Shown in pieces: positions 19,617 to 30,176 of a stretch of 64,000 nt of DNA (positions are counted from its first letter, which is position 1; every line of letters begins with the position of its first letter). The notes beneath the pieces are model-generated. The model did no database searches and had not been told where the DNA came from. It was given only the letters and a program-made list of their open reading frames with translations. Source of the DNA: Syntrophales bacterium (GTDB lineage: Bacteria > Desulfobacterota > Syntrophia > Syntrophales > UBA2185); NCBI GenBank assembly GCA_049521775.1, contig JBEKOL010000001.1:67514-131513 (forward strand), written 5' to 3'. The position numbers and the translations under genes are program-made.

Positions 19617-21800
19617 TCAGCTATTCATTTCGGTAATTTTCATTTGTGTTTCTTTATTGAGAAACTCCCATAACCCGACCTGTTTCAGGGTCTCCACTTT
19701 CGGCACCCCGTTCGCATTCCAGCCCCGCTCGCTATAGTACGTCCGTATCAATTCTTGCAGCTGTTCTCTCCTGAAGTTCATCAGGATTTCCCTCTTATCT
19801 TTCGTATGCATCTTCTCTACGTCTTCGAGAGGCTTCCCGAATATCTTGCTTACCTCCCCATCGTGGAAATCCTTTTCGGCATCATAGAGATCATCATCTG
19901 TAGGCCCTATTGCCCGGTCAGGCACCCAGTCATGCTCGCCTGTTTTTTCACCGAAGATCACGGCATTCATGACCCTTTGCAAATTTATGTCCCTGTCTGT
20001 CCGCTCATAGATCTTCTCCCATGTGAGATCCGCACCCAGCATGCCGTTATAGAATTCCGCATACATCTCCTGTGAGGCCGGGTTTATGTATATGTCGGTG
20101 TTCTTCATTTTTTCCGAATCCGGATTGAATACGTCCACCCAAGGGAGCTTGCAGAGACCCAGGTTGTCATTGCCTAGACGAACCCTCGGATAGGTTATAA
20201 GGGCTTTAGCCTTGTCTTTGAAAGAAGGAAAGGCGCCGAGGAGGTCTGCTTTAATCAGCCATGCCGCTGCGTGATGCGCCCCTATATCACTGGCCGCCGC
20301 ATATGACGCCTGCATGGACAGAGACCTGTGCGTCCTGTAAAGAGAAAATGGAAGGCCCTTCACCTGCATGGCAAATTTCATGAGTTCCTCCTTGGGATTT
20401 TCGCGGTCCGTTCTTTTGACATACCTGCGGGAAACCCAGTCCAGCAAGCTAAGCATCCCTTTTCCCGCTTCTCTCGCGCACTCCGTCTCGCCGCTGCTAA
20501 TCTGGCGCAGAAAACCAAGCACCGCCTTTTCATTTCCCCATGTGAGTTCCAAACCGCCCGTATCATCCTTCGTGAGATAACCCCTCTGGAAGCACTCCAT
20601 CAAGAAGGCGATGATAACAGCGGCAGTTATGGTATCGACTCCGAAGTTATCGCAATGCCAGTTTGCTTCCATGACGGTTTCAGCATTCCATATGCCTAAA
20701 TTTGAGCCGAAACCGCATGCTGTCTCATATTCTGGTCCGTCGACCCAGACCTTCCTGCCTTTTTGGTCACCGACCGATAGGGTAACCCAGCCGCCTTTGG
20801 TGCACCGCAGAGAGCAGCCTGGGTAGCACCCGTCCATACCTCTATGATCAAAGAGGTTATCAGCGTAAAATTTGCCGCTGATCTGTTCCGCTCTGGGATC
20901 GGAACCATACTGGTAGTTGCTCACAGGCAGAGACCTGTAATTTTCTTTGTTCATGAAACTGATTAGCCCCGCACTTCCCTTACGGTACATTTTAAGTGAT
21001 ACCGGATCAACCTCCCTTATAACCTTGGAAAGTCTCGATCCCGCCTTTTTCGCCTTTTCCCAGTCTGCTGCGCCATATGGATTTTCCCCGTGCGGATATT
21101 CCGCCATGATGATGACGGACCGTATTTTCTTGTCGATCATCACCGAGCCAAGGCCGGTTCTGCCTGCCTGCTTTGTCCTGAAAAACCCCTTCTGGCCGTC
21201 AGTCGTCTTCGTAGGGTCATAATAATGGCTGTTGATACATCCATATGTCGTACTGGCCGCGCCTACGCCGGTTGTAACAAAGGCTATGTTCTTCTTGTCA
21301 TAGCCTTCCTCTGTAAATTTATCGGCAATAAATTTCTCCAGCGCAAAGACTTGTTCTATCTTCGGCGCTTCAATAATCGTTACTTCATTTTTAAACCCAT
21401 CGATAACAATAAAAACGTCTTTTTCCGATTTTCCCGTGATCTCAATTACGTCGAACCCGGCGAATTTCATGTGAGCCCCGAAATGTCCGCCGAAATTCGA
21501 TACCCCCGGAATTCCTGTGTGTGGGGACATAGAGAGCGCCATGCATTTGCTCGTACCCGGGAAATTGGGAACACCCGCCAGTGGCCCCGGGGAAAAGATC
21601 AATGGATTCTCCGGAGCGTAGGCGCTCGTATTCGGGCTTACTCGCCTGTAGAGTAGATATAAGCCCAGGGCTCTCCCGCCGACGAAATAATCCCGTGCGC
21701 GTGGATCGAGGCTTTGCACATCTATCGCTCCGTTATGAAGATCGATATTGAGAATCTTATTCGCGTATCCACGCGTTAAATCTGATTTGGCATACTTCAT
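19617..21800 (-). CDS. Aldehyde:ferredoxin oxidoreductase family (tungstopterin) enzyme, long form
   Basis: The start MKYAKSDLTRGYANKILNIDLHNGAI...FVGGRALG is a typical AFOR N-domain. Other blocks are a Cys cluster (DGCYPGCSLRCTKGG), EYETACGFGSN and DTITAAVIIAF. About 727 aa from the ATG at 21800. Confidence 0.85.
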   Translation of the reverse strand: MKYAKSDLTRGYANKILNIDLHNGAIDVQSLDPRARDYFVGGRALGLYLLYRRVSPNTSAYAPENPLIFSPGPLAGVPNFPGTSKCMALSMSPHTGIPGVSNFGGHFGAHMKFAGFDVIEITGKSEKDVFIVIDGFKNEVTIIEAPKIEQVFALEKFIADKFTEEGYDKKNIAFVTTGVGAASTTYGCINSHYYDPTKTTDGQKGFFRTKQAGRTGLGSVMIDKKIRSVIIMAEYPHGENPYGAADWEKAKKAGSRLSKVIREVDPVSLKMYRKGSAGLISFMNKENYRSLPVSNYQYGSDPRAEQISGKFYADNLFDHRGMDGCYPGCSLRCTKGGWVTLSVGDQKGRKVWVDGPEYETACGFGSNLGIWNAETVMEANWHCDNFGVDTITAAVIIAFLMECFQRGYLTKDDTGGLELTWGNEKAVLGFLRQISSGETECAREAGKGMLSLLDWVSRRYVKRTDRENPKEELMKFAMQVKGLPFSLYRTHRSLSMQASYAAASDIGAHHAAAWLIKADLLGAFPSFKDKAKALITYPRVRLGNDNLGLCKLPWVDVFNPDSEKMKNTDIYINPASQEMYAEFYNGMLGADLTWEKIYERTDRDINLQRVMNAVIFGEKTGEHDWVPDRAIGPTDDDLYDAEKDFHDGEVSKIFGKPLEDVEKMHTKDKREILMNFRREQLQELIRTYYSERGWNANGVPKVETLKQVGLWEFLNKETQMKITEMNS

Positions 21801-22027
21801 GCGGTTTTCCTTACGCAGGGTTCCTGCATTTGCGGCGGTTTTTTGGATCCTATCGACTATCAAGAGAGAACAGGAGCCCGCTTTTTTAGAAGGCGCACTA
21901 TAAGCCAAAGCAAATTAGCTTGTCAATTGGAAAAGTTAATTAGCTTGACATTCGCGGCAATTCGTGGTTGAGCCTCCCTTCAGTTAAGAGTTGTTTCTTG
22001 GATGGCAAGAGCGCACAGGAAGTGAGC

Positions 22028-22921
22028 ATGGAAATGAATCACCAATGGGTCTGGCTCGATACGCAGACAAGAATGGATGGGGCAAAAGAAGATATCGGCA
22101 ACGCGTCCATTATCTGTGTTGATACAGAGTATGATTCCTTCAGATATTTTCGCGAAGTCCTCTGTTTAATCCAGATAGATGCGGGGGGAATGACTTACCT
22201 CTTCGACCCTCTGGGCAAGCTTGATTTTTCCTTCTTGGGAACGTTTTTCAAAGATCCTGCCATCCTCAAAATTATGCACGCCGGTGATAACGATATCCGG
22301 CTTCTAAAAAGGGACTACAGTTTCGAATTCAAGAATATTTTTGACACACATCAGGCTGCATCCATCCTCGGTTGTCACCATCTTGCTCTCTCAACATTGA
22401 TAAGCCAGTATCTCGGCACGGAACTCAAGAAAGATAAGAAAATGCAGCGTTCCAAATGGGAAACCCGCCCCCTGACGGAAGAACAGATACACTATGCCGT
22501 AGAGGACACGGTACACCTCACGGCCCTGTATCGGAGGCTTGAGTCTGAGATCCAGTTGAGCGGTCTAAAGAGAAAAGCGGCAAGGGCTTTTGACAAGATC
22601 GCGGCTGTGACATGGAATGAGAAACTCTTCAATCCTCAGGGATGCAAAGGTATCAAGGGGTACGAGTCCCTTTCAGCGCAACAGAAGCATAACTTGCTGA
22701 ACCTTTACTGGTGGCGTTTCCAGAAGGCAAAGAAGACAAACATGGCGCGCTTCAGGATATTACCCGATCAGGCCCTGCTTGACTTAGCAAGATCCGAGGC
22801 ATCTTCCATGGAAATACTGAGGAAGACAGAGATACTTTCTCCGGAAAAGATAAGACTCTACGGACGGGAAATTATCGAGACCATTGCCGGCGGCAGAGGG
22901 TCGGAACAGAATCTCCAATAA
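22028..22921 (+). CDS. rnd: Ribonuclease D (DEDD 3'-5' exonuclease + HRDC)
   Basis: DTEYDSF, HAGDNDIRLL and YAVEDTVHL are the ExoI-III motifs. The C-terminal part is HRDC-like (ILPDQALLDLA). The ATG at 22028 follows an AGGAAG RBS. Confidence 0.85.
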   Translation: MEMNHQWVWLDTQTRMDGAKEDIGNASIICVDTEYDSFRYFREVLCLIQIDAGGMTYLFDPLGKLDFSFLGTFFKDPAILKIMHAGDNDIRLLKRDYSFEFKNIFDTHQAASILGCHHLALSTLISQYLGTELKKDKKMQRSKWETRPLTEEQIHYAVEDTVHLTALYRRLESEIQLSGLKRKAARAFDKIAAVTWNEKLFNPQGCKGIKGYESLSAQQKHNLLNLYWWRFQKAKKTNMARFRILPDQALLDLARSEASSMEILRKTEILSPEKIRLYGREIIETIAGGRGSEQNLQ

Positions 22922-23001
22922 AACAGCGCTCCACATTGGGAATAAATTTGTTTTCAGGCGACGCATAGCAAGACCTACAGGCGGTGTTGGAAAAATGCCT
23001 G

Positions 23002-23205
23002 TTACTTGAATTTATGGGGACTGATCTTCTTTTCCATGTTATCGAGAAAAGTCGACCAGGCGTGGGTTCGGAATGCGGTAGCTAACTTTTTGGGCTTTTT
23101 TGCCCCGCATGACGGACACTCCAGGACATCGTATCTTTCGTCGACCTTCATCAATCGTTCATACACGGTCTTACATTGACTGCACTCAAATTCATAAATG
23201 GGCAT
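23002..23205 (-). CDS. FmdB-family zinc-ribbon protein
   Basis: MPIYEFECSQCKTVYERL...CPSCGA is the characteristic CxxC...CxxC signature. Confidence 0.75.
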   Translation of the reverse strand: MPIYEFECSQCKTVYERLMKVDERYDVLECPSCGAKKPKKLATAFRTHAWSTFLDNMEKKISPHKFK

Positions 23206-23464
23206 TTGGAAATTCCTTGACGCGGCAACTGCTGATATCAGGCTTGGCGTCCACTATGCCAATACCTCATATCCCGTCACACTAACCAGTTCATTAAGTT
23301 TAATCTCATTCGGTGAAGACTCGTCGTTTCGCTGTTGATATATAGAAGAAAGCCGATTGTATGTCAAGAGACAACAATATCTTCAACACTGTTGATATGC
23401 AGGGTTTTATATGTTAGTAGTTGCATTCTTGATAATTACGGATATCTAGGTCAGGATCTGAACT

Positions 23465-25165
23465 ATGGATGCAAAGCCATCTTTCCTTCCTTTTGAAATT
23501 CCCGAGCTCAAGTCCCGAAATATGAGGATAGGCAAAGAAGGTCTCTTGCGCCGCTCCTTCCCCGTCGTTCCCGATGAGTTTTTTAGAGTCTATCAGAATG
23601 ACGACCTCCATTTGGAAGTCGAATTCCAGCAGGAAAATAACCGTGCCAAAGTTTTTCTATATACGAATATCGACTGCCCGGAGGATGAATGGCGCGAGCT
23701 CGAATTTAAGCAGGAAAAGGACAATATCTATAGCCTGTCACACAAAGTAAGGCTCTGCGGCAGCTACAAATTCAAATTAAAATATTCTCTCGATGACGGC
23801 AAAACCTGGTACTGGGACAGGGTTCCTTTCAGCCATGTGATCGTGGATCCGGAGGCTTTGAAGGATATAAGGATGTACACCATGATAATACCCATCTCAG
23901 GCACCATCAGCGACTGGATTGAGCTTCTGCCCCACATCGCAGGGCTTGGGTTTAATGCTGTTCATCTTCTGCCCATTACCAGCCTTGATATTTCTGAAAG
24001 CCCCTATTCAGCTCACGATCTATTTTCCATTGACAAATCCTACAGCGGAAAAGAGAACAGATACGGGTTTCGTGACTTTGAAAAATTTGTTGAAAAAGCG
24101 AAAGAACTGGGAATCCGGCTTTGTTTTGACCTCGTCTTTAATCACATAGGGGTCAGGAGCAAAATGGTGCAGATGTGCCCGGAGTGGATAGTTCCTGATA
24201 AGAGCGAGAAAGACGGACTGAATCGTGCAGGCTGCTGGCATATGAACTCTTGGCTGAAATGGGGGGACCTTGTAAAAATATATTATGACCATCCCCATCC
24301 TGATATCCGCAGCGACATCTGGGATTATATGAAAAAATATTCCCTGTTCTGGTCCCATTTCGCCCAGCTTACGGGCGGCATGATCCGCCTCGACAACCTG
24401 CATTCAAGCCACGAAGGGTTTGTTGCGAGCCTCCTTGAAGACCTGCGCGGAGTCTACCCAACCCTCGTTATTATGGCCGAGTACTTTACAGATTCCAATA
24501 CGATTATGAAAAAGGCTGCTGAAGGGCAAATCAATCTCTTTCTTGCCAATCAGTGGGAATACCCTTATGCCTATAATCTTCGGAGTTACCTAAATTACAT
24601 TCATTACATAGGGCGGAAGGTGCGTTTTCATATGCCTATCACAACGCATGATACAGGCGCCCCAGCCGAGCTTTTTGGCAAGGCCGAGGCTGCTGTGCCG
24701 CGCTATGCGATTACAACTCTCATGGGTACGGGGCAGACCGGTATAGTCCAGGGGGTTGAATATGGGCATCCTGAAAAAATAGATTTTATCGGCAGGAAAG
24801 AAAAATATAAATTCAAGGACAATTTATATATAGCTGAAGGCATAAGAAATATTAACCGTGTGCTTACGGAATCACCCGTATTTCATCAGGACGGGAATTT
24901 GGAATTTATTGACAACGGCCACGGCGCGGTGCTGGGTGCCTTGCGTCGCCTGAGTAAAGAATTGGACAAAGGCTATCTGATCTTTGCAAATCTCGACGTT
25001 CATAATGGCTATCATTTACAGGTTGACCTTTCGTCATTTTCAAACAATACAAAACAAATACGGATGGAGGACAGAATTAGCGAAGACCAGTATGAATCGC
25101 AAGTTAGTGACATTGAGATTGATATTGAACCCTGCGGCGTCAGGATATTCAGGATCGGTAATTGA
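23465..25165 (+). CDS. GH13 alpha-amylase-family glycoside hydrolase/glucanotransferase
   Basis: GH13 regions I-IV are recognisable: DLVFNH, GMIRLDNLH, VIMAEY, TTHDT. A ~140-aa N-terminal beta-rich domain precedes GFNAVHLLPI. Confidence 0.8.
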   Translation: MDAKPSFLPFEIPELKSRNMRIGKEGLLRRSFPVVPDEFFRVYQNDDLHLEVEFQQENNRAKVFLYTNIDCPEDEWRELEFKQEKDNIYSLSHKVRLCGSYKFKLKYSLDDGKTWYWDRVPFSHVIVDPEALKDIRMYTMIIPISGTISDWIELLPHIAGLGFNAVHLLPITSLDISESPYSAHDLFSIDKSYSGKENRYGFRDFEKFVEKAKELGIRLCFDLVFNHIGVRSKMVQMCPEWIVPDKSEKDGLNRAGCWHMNSWLKWGDLVKIYYDHPHPDIRSDIWDYMKKYSLFWSHFAQLTGGMIRLDNLHSSHEGFVASLLEDLRGVYPTLVIMAEYFTDSNTIMKKAAEGQINLFLANQWEYPYAYNLRSYLNYIHYIGRKVRFHMPITTHDTGAPAELFGKAEAAVPRYAITTLMGTGQTGIVQGVEYGHPEKIDFIGRKEKYKFKDNLYIAEGIRNINRVLTESPVFHQDGNLEFIDNGHGAVLGALRRLSKELDKGYLIFANLDVHNGYHLQVDLSSFSNNTKQIRMEDRISEDQYESQVSDIEIDIEPCGVRIFRIGN

Positions 25166-25368
25166 CAGAACGAAAAATCAGAGGATCTTTTTGAAACCCC
25201 TAATTATCACACCTGCGGCATCCTCGATTCCCTGATGATGGAAAGGCGATGAAAGATTCGTCACCGAATGAACAGCTGAGCAAAAAAGCGTTTATCGCAG
25301 TGGGACATGCAATGGAAGTATGCTGACGATGTATAATAAATAGTTTAACATCCATGAAAGGAGCTTAC

Positions 25369-25641
25369 ATGAAATTTGAAAAGTTTTTTAGAGTAGCGGT
25401 TCTTGTTTTGTTTGCCTTGGCTATTTTCATTTACGGAATGGCGAACAGATACCAGTTTTTTCATATTACCAATAGTCTTACCGGGCTTGCATGTGACCAT
25501 TATACAGGGAAATGTGAATGGCTGTCACCGGACGAGATGGGGGTAGAAAAGGTGATGAAGTATTCGGACAAACAACGGGAGGCTATGGAAAAACGGGCAG
25601 TCCCGCAAACACCTGCCCCAAAGCCGGAGAGTCCACGGTAA
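25369..25641 (+). CDS. Small membrane protein
   Basis: The ATG at 25369 follows an AAGGAG RBS. There is one TM helix (FFRVAVLVLFALAIFIYGMA) and a Pro-rich tail. Confidence 0.45.
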   Translation: MKFEKFFRVAVLVLFALAIFIYGMANRYQFFHITNSLTGLACDHYTGKCEWLSPDEMGVEKVMKYSDKQREAMEKRAVPQTPAPKPESPR

Positions 25642-25715
25642 TAACGACGGCGGAAAATTTTCAGAGTGAAGAAAAAACACTAGGACGACCAACTATCATC
25701 CAAGGAGATACTCCA

Positions 25716-26492
25716 ATGAAACGCTTCGTTGACCTGAGTATCAGTATCGAATCTGGCCTGCCATCGGATCCGCCGATTATGATTCCGAAGATCGACTACA
25801 TCGATCACGGCATGGGAGCCAACCAGATGCTCGACTTCTTCCCCGGCATCCGGAAAGACCATCTCCCCGGAGGTGTGGGTTGGGCTCTCGAGTTCATCAC
25901 TCTCACGACGCACAGCGGGACTCACCTGGATGCCCCCTATCACTACCACCCCACAATGGATCGGGGAAAGGCAGCCATAACTATCGACGAGGTGCCTCTA
26001 GAGTGGTGTTTCAGCAGCAGCGTCCTCCTTGACCTCCGCCACAAGGGTGACGGTGAGAGGATCACCGTAGCGGATGTCAAGAAGGAACTGGAGCGAATCC
26101 GTTACGAGATTAAGCCTCTCGACATAGTCCTCATCTGGACAGGCGCAGACGAGGCCTGGGGAAGGCCAGAGTATCTTACCAGGGGAGCGGGCATGGACCG
26201 TGAAAGCACCCTGTTTCTTATTGAGAAAGGCGTGCGTGTTGTGGGGATAGATGCCTGGAGTTGGGATCGTCCTCTGCCCTATCTGGCCCGGGAATTCAAA
26301 GAGACGGGTAATCGCGAGGTCATCTGGGAGGCCCACTTCGCCGGCATAGACATGGGATATTGCCACATGGAGAAGATGGCCAACTTCAGCGCCATAGGAC
26401 AATCCAACGGGTTCAGTGTTTGCTGTTTTCCCGTAAAGATAAAACGGGCCTCGGCGGGCTGGTGCCGTCCTGTAGCCATTATTGAAGATTAG
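25716..26492 (+). CDS. Cyclase-family protein (kynurenine-formamidase-like metal hydrolase)
   Basis: The ATG at 25716 follows an AAGGAG RBS. THSGTHLDAPYHY matches the HxGTHxDxPxH motif. The track ORF start at 25518 is an upstream extension. Confidence 0.85.
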   Translation: MKRFVDLSISIESGLPSDPPIMIPKIDYIDHGMGANQMLDFFPGIRKDHLPGGVGWALEFITLTTHSGTHLDAPYHYHPTMDRGKAAITIDEVPLEWCFSSSVLLDLRHKGDGERITVADVKKELERIRYEIKPLDIVLIWTGADEAWGRPEYLTRGAGMDRESTLFLIEKGVRVVGIDAWSWDRPLPYLAREFKETGNREVIWEAHFAGIDMGYCHMEKMANFSAIGQSNGFSVCCFPVKIKRASAGWCRPVAIIED

Positions 26493-26614
26493 CGAGATAA
26501 ATATTTTCTCCGGAGCTCCAGCCTCAAATATGGAACGTGATGTTCAGGCGGTCTAAGCGCTGAACGTAAAACAGATGCCGTCATTGTGATGGTGAGCGGA
26601 CTATAAGAAAGAAC

Positions 26615-27535
26615 ATGAAACCATTGATCGAGACAATATCCATTATCGGGGCAGGGGCATTGGGAGCCGCCTACGGCGGTCTCCTCTATGATATGGATAT
26701 GCACTCAGTCTCATTTGTTGCCGGAGGGAAGCGTTTTGAGCGGCTTCGCAAAGAGGGTCTCATCGTCAACAGCAAGCGCTACTTCATTCCCGCTGTCCCG
26801 CCGGAAGATCTGTCGGCCCCTTCCGATCTTATTATAGTCGCTGTAAAATACCATCACCTGGATGACGGTATACGGGACATGAGAAACAGGGTGGGGGCGG
26901 AAACAGCCATCATATCTGTCATGAACGGCATAGAGAGCGAGGAGCGTATTGGAGCCGTCTACGGTATGGAAAAGGTTCTGTATGCCGTGTCCGTGGGCAT
27001 TGATGCCCTGCGGGAAGGAAACCGTGTGAATTACAGCAACCAGGGAAAAATATTCTTTGGGGAGGCAAAAAACACATTCCTTACAGACCGTGTTAAGCGT
27101 ATTCAGGCCCTCTTCGACAAGGCGGGGATCATCTGTGAAACGCCTCCTGATATGATGCGCGTCATGTGGTGGAAGTTCATGATCAATGTCGGGATCAATC
27201 AGGCATCAGCCGTACTCCGCGCGCCATACCTGGTATTTCAAACCTCTCAGGAGGCCAGAAACCTGATGGAATCGGCCATGCGGGAGGTCATCAGACTTTC
27301 TGAAAAGGCGCAAGTAAATCTCACTCATGAGGATATCAAAAGGTTTAATGAAATTCTCCTGGGTCTCAACCCGCAGGGGAAAACTTCCATGCTTCAGGAT
27401 GTGGAGGCCGGCAGGAAAACAGAGGTGGAGATGCTTGCCGGCAAGGTGATCTCCCTGGGGAGACAGTACAATGTTCCTACGCCCGTAAATCAGAGACTAT
27501 TCGATTTGATTAAAGAGATTGAAGCGAAGTACTAG
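26615..27535 (+). CDS. panE: 2-dehydropantoate 2-reductase (ketopantoate reductase, ApbA/PanE family)
   Basis: Rossmann motif IIGAGALGAAYG at the N-terminus, plus the C-terminal ApbA_C block (KTSMLQDVEAGRKTEVE). Confidence 0.85.
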   Translation: MKPLIETISIIGAGALGAAYGGLLYDMDMHSVSFVAGGKRFERLRKEGLIVNSKRYFIPAVPPEDLSAPSDLIIVAVKYHHLDDGIRDMRNRVGAETAIISVMNGIESEERIGAVYGMEKVLYAVSVGIDALREGNRVNYSNQGKIFFGEAKNTFLTDRVKRIQALFDKAGIICETPPDMMRVMWWKFMINVGINQASAVLRAPYLVFQTSQEARNLMESAMREVIRLSEKAQVNLTHEDIKRFNEILLGLNPQGKTSMLQDVEAGRKTEVEMLAGKVISLGRQYNVPTPVNQRLFDLIKEIEAKY

Positions 27536-27921
27536 AACTAATGTGGCTTGATTAATTGGTCTTGGCGATATTTCAAAGTCCATCTACAACAGGACTTCTT
27601 GAAAGAGAGATTTATCAGGTCTTTCGGTAGACTCAATCTTTCTTTAGGAAATCAACAGATGTCATCAGTTTTTAAATCAGCTAATCTTCTTTTTCGGGTG
27701 CAAGGCGAAGCCCTGCTCGCCACAAAATTGGCACCCCTCTCTTTTAATCGCCAGAAAAATGGTCTCAATAAAGACCTTTACAATTAATGACTTTTAATCG
27801 GTAGTCTTCAACTTTGCTGGCTCAAACAGGTTAAGACTTTGTAGAACTAAGTGATCTCTTCCTTCCCGTACTACCCAAAATACAATCCTCGCAGCAAGCT
27901 GAATATCGCAACGAGCTGTCA

Positions 27922-29898
27922 TCATCCATTCATCTGATAATGCTTCTCATGGAAAAGTTTCATGCAGACATCCACTGCGTCAGCGTCGTAGAGGGTGCCT
28001 CTATTCTCGTAGACGTCTGCCAGGGCTTCTTCCAAGCCCAGGGACGGCCTGTACGGACGGTGCGATGCCATGGCTTCCACCTTATCGGCAAGGCCCACAA
28101 TTCTTGCCTCAAGAAGAATCTCATCACCCTTCAGCCCCTGGGGATATCCTGAACCGTTTAGCTTTTCATGGTGTTGAAGTATAATTTCTGCGACCGGCCA
28201 GGGGAAATCTATCTCCTTCAATATGTCGTAGCCGGCCTGCGCGTGCGCTTTTATCAGACCGAATTCCATGTCGTTAAGTTTCGTAGGTTTGCTGAGTATC
28301 TCGGCAGGAATGGATATCTTGCCTATATCGTGGATAGCGCCCATCATGCGGATTCCGTCTATCCTCTCACGTGAAAGGCCCATTTCCGTGGCAATGGTGA
28401 GGGCAAGGTTCGATACACGTCTCTGGTGGCCGGCCGTATATGGATCCCTCGCTTCCACTACCATGGCCATGGCTTGGATGGTTGCCTGCACTGTCTGACG
28501 TAACCGCTGAATATTCCACTTGCGTTCTTCTTCCGCTTTTTTACTCACCGTAATATCTTCTATGATGCCTTCGTAATACAGCATCTGACCGTCTGTATCG
28601 CTGACGGCTTGCATGTTGACTGAAACCCATATCTTTGCGCCATCCTTCCGGTAATACTGTGTCTCAAATCCTTTCGTGGGACCATAGTCTTTAATCATCT
28701 GCTTCAATACTTCATGCTCATCCGGATTAACATAGAGCTGATGAGGAATATCAGTGATGGCGTTCAGGAGTTCTTTGGGAGAGCTGTAATAGAGCATGGA
28801 TGCCAGCGCCTGATTAGCTATAATGAACCGCCCTTCGATGGTTGAACGGAAAATGCCTTCCTGCGCGTTTTCGAAAATGCCTCTATATTCGGCCTCGGCC
28901 CGGCGCAGGGATTCCTCGGTCAGCGTGTGTTCGGTAATGTCGCGAATCGACTCAATGGCGCCGACGATGTCGCCCTTCTCATTATAGAGGGGGCTCGCCT
29001 TTTCCCAGACTTTAACATTTTCCTCGTTTAGTGTTACCATTGCTTCAGCCAGAAGAGCCCCGCCCCGTCTCCTGACAAAGAGATATTGCTTCTCGATTGC
29101 CGCATCTGCTTTAAGTACCAGATCAATCAGTTTCGGTCTCCGGGTCCCGTAAAACGGCAGCGAATATTCATGATCCCCTTTTCCAAGCATATCCTCCGCC
29201 TTGACCATGGTAAGCTCTTCCATGGCGCGGTTCCATACGATGACTATCCCCTCCCGATCAATAGCAAATGTAGCATCAGGCATAAAATCAATGGCATCGG
29301 ACGCCAGTCGCTCTGCTTGACGCAGCGCAGCTTCCGTCTGTTTGCGGATGTTCGTCTCTTGCTGGAGTTCGAGATTTTGCGCATCCAGTTGATCTTGCAG
29401 GCGCCGCAGATTCAGATGTGTTTTGACTTTAGCCAAGACCTCTGCCTGCCGGAACGGCTTGGTGATGTAATCGATGGCCCCGGCATCGAAGCCTTTGATC
29501 TTGACGGATGCTTCGTCAAGGAGGCCAATGAATATAACGGGAATCATACGACTCTTCTTGTTGGATTTCAAACGACGGCAGACCTCGTGGCCCTCCATGT
29601 CCGGCAATTGCGTATCCAGCAGGATCAGATCTGGTTTTTCTTCTGCCGCTAATTTCAGCGCCGCTTGTCCGCTTGCGGCATGGCGAACCTGATAGACGTG
29701 ATTAGCAAGAATATCTGTCAGGGGCTTCAGAATCTTCGATGAGTCTTCGACAATCAGAATGCGGGGTGCAGCATTTCCCTTCTGCAATCTTTCAGCATGA
29801 GCCTTCTGTGCTTTACCAGCCCCTATTGTGGAATCAGGCTTGCGTATATCTCTTGACTTTTCAGTCGATTGCTCTTTCGTCTTGTCTTTATCTCTCAT
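27922..29898 (-). CDS. Response regulator: receiver + two PAS domains + HD-GYP domain
   Basis: The REC domain has ILIVEDS and DLILLDTQLPDMEG. PAS-like repeats follow. The HD-GYP domain has HDIGKISIP and HHEKLNGSGYPQGL. Confidence 0.85.
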   Translation of the reverse strand: MRDKDKTKEQSTEKSRDIRKPDSTIGAGKAQKAHAERLQKGNAAPRILIVEDSSKILKPLTDILANHVYQVRHAASGQAALKLAAEEKPDLILLDTQLPDMEGHEVCRRLKSNKKSRMIPVIFIGLLDEASVKIKGFDAGAIDYITKPFRQAEVLAKVKTHLNLRRLQDQLDAQNLELQQETNIRKQTEAALRQAERLASDAIDFMPDATFAIDREGIVIVWNRAMEELTMVKAEDMLGKGDHEYSLPFYGTRRPKLIDLVLKADAAIEKQYLFVRRRGGALLAEAMVTLNEENVKVWEKASPLYNEKGDIVGAIESIRDITEHTLTEESLRRAEAEYRGIFENAQEGIFRSTIEGRFIIANQALASMLYYSSPKELLNAITDIPHQLYVNPDEHEVLKQMIKDYGPTKGFETQYYRKDGAKIWVSVNMQAVSDTDGQMLYYEGIIEDITVSKKAEEERKWNIQRLRQTVQATIQAMAMVVEARDPYTAGHQRRVSNLALTIATEMGLSRERIDGIRMMGAIHDIGKISIPAEILSKPTKLNDMEFGLIKAHAQAGYDILKEIDFPWPVAEIILQHHEKLNGSGYPQGLKGDEILLEARIVGLADKVEAMASHRPYRPSLGLEEALADVYENRGTLYDADAVDVCMKLFHEKHYQMNG

Positions 29899-30176
29899 AT
29901 CTGAAAGCTCCTTAATTACCGATTAATCTGGAGATACTGAATCTGGTCTCTATCCCTGTATGAGTATAAGTAAGTCGATTGTACGAAACTCCTTCGTAGA
30001 TTCGTTGTATAAGAGATGAGGCGCTGAAAATGGCTGACCGGTTTCAATATCCTTCATAAGAAGAAAAATATTCTACTGTCTGATAGATTATACCATATAG
30101 GTGAACATTTCCAGACATAAACTTGGGCCGATATGTTGACCCCCAACTAAAGCTGCAAGTGAGCGACTACAATCCA

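Noticed and set aside
23330-23400. Two copies of CTGTTGATAT about 57 nt apart upstream of the GH13 gene, as possible operator sites
   Set aside because: There are only 10 nt of identity, in an AT-rich promoter region. That is too short to distinguish from chance without genome-wide motif data.
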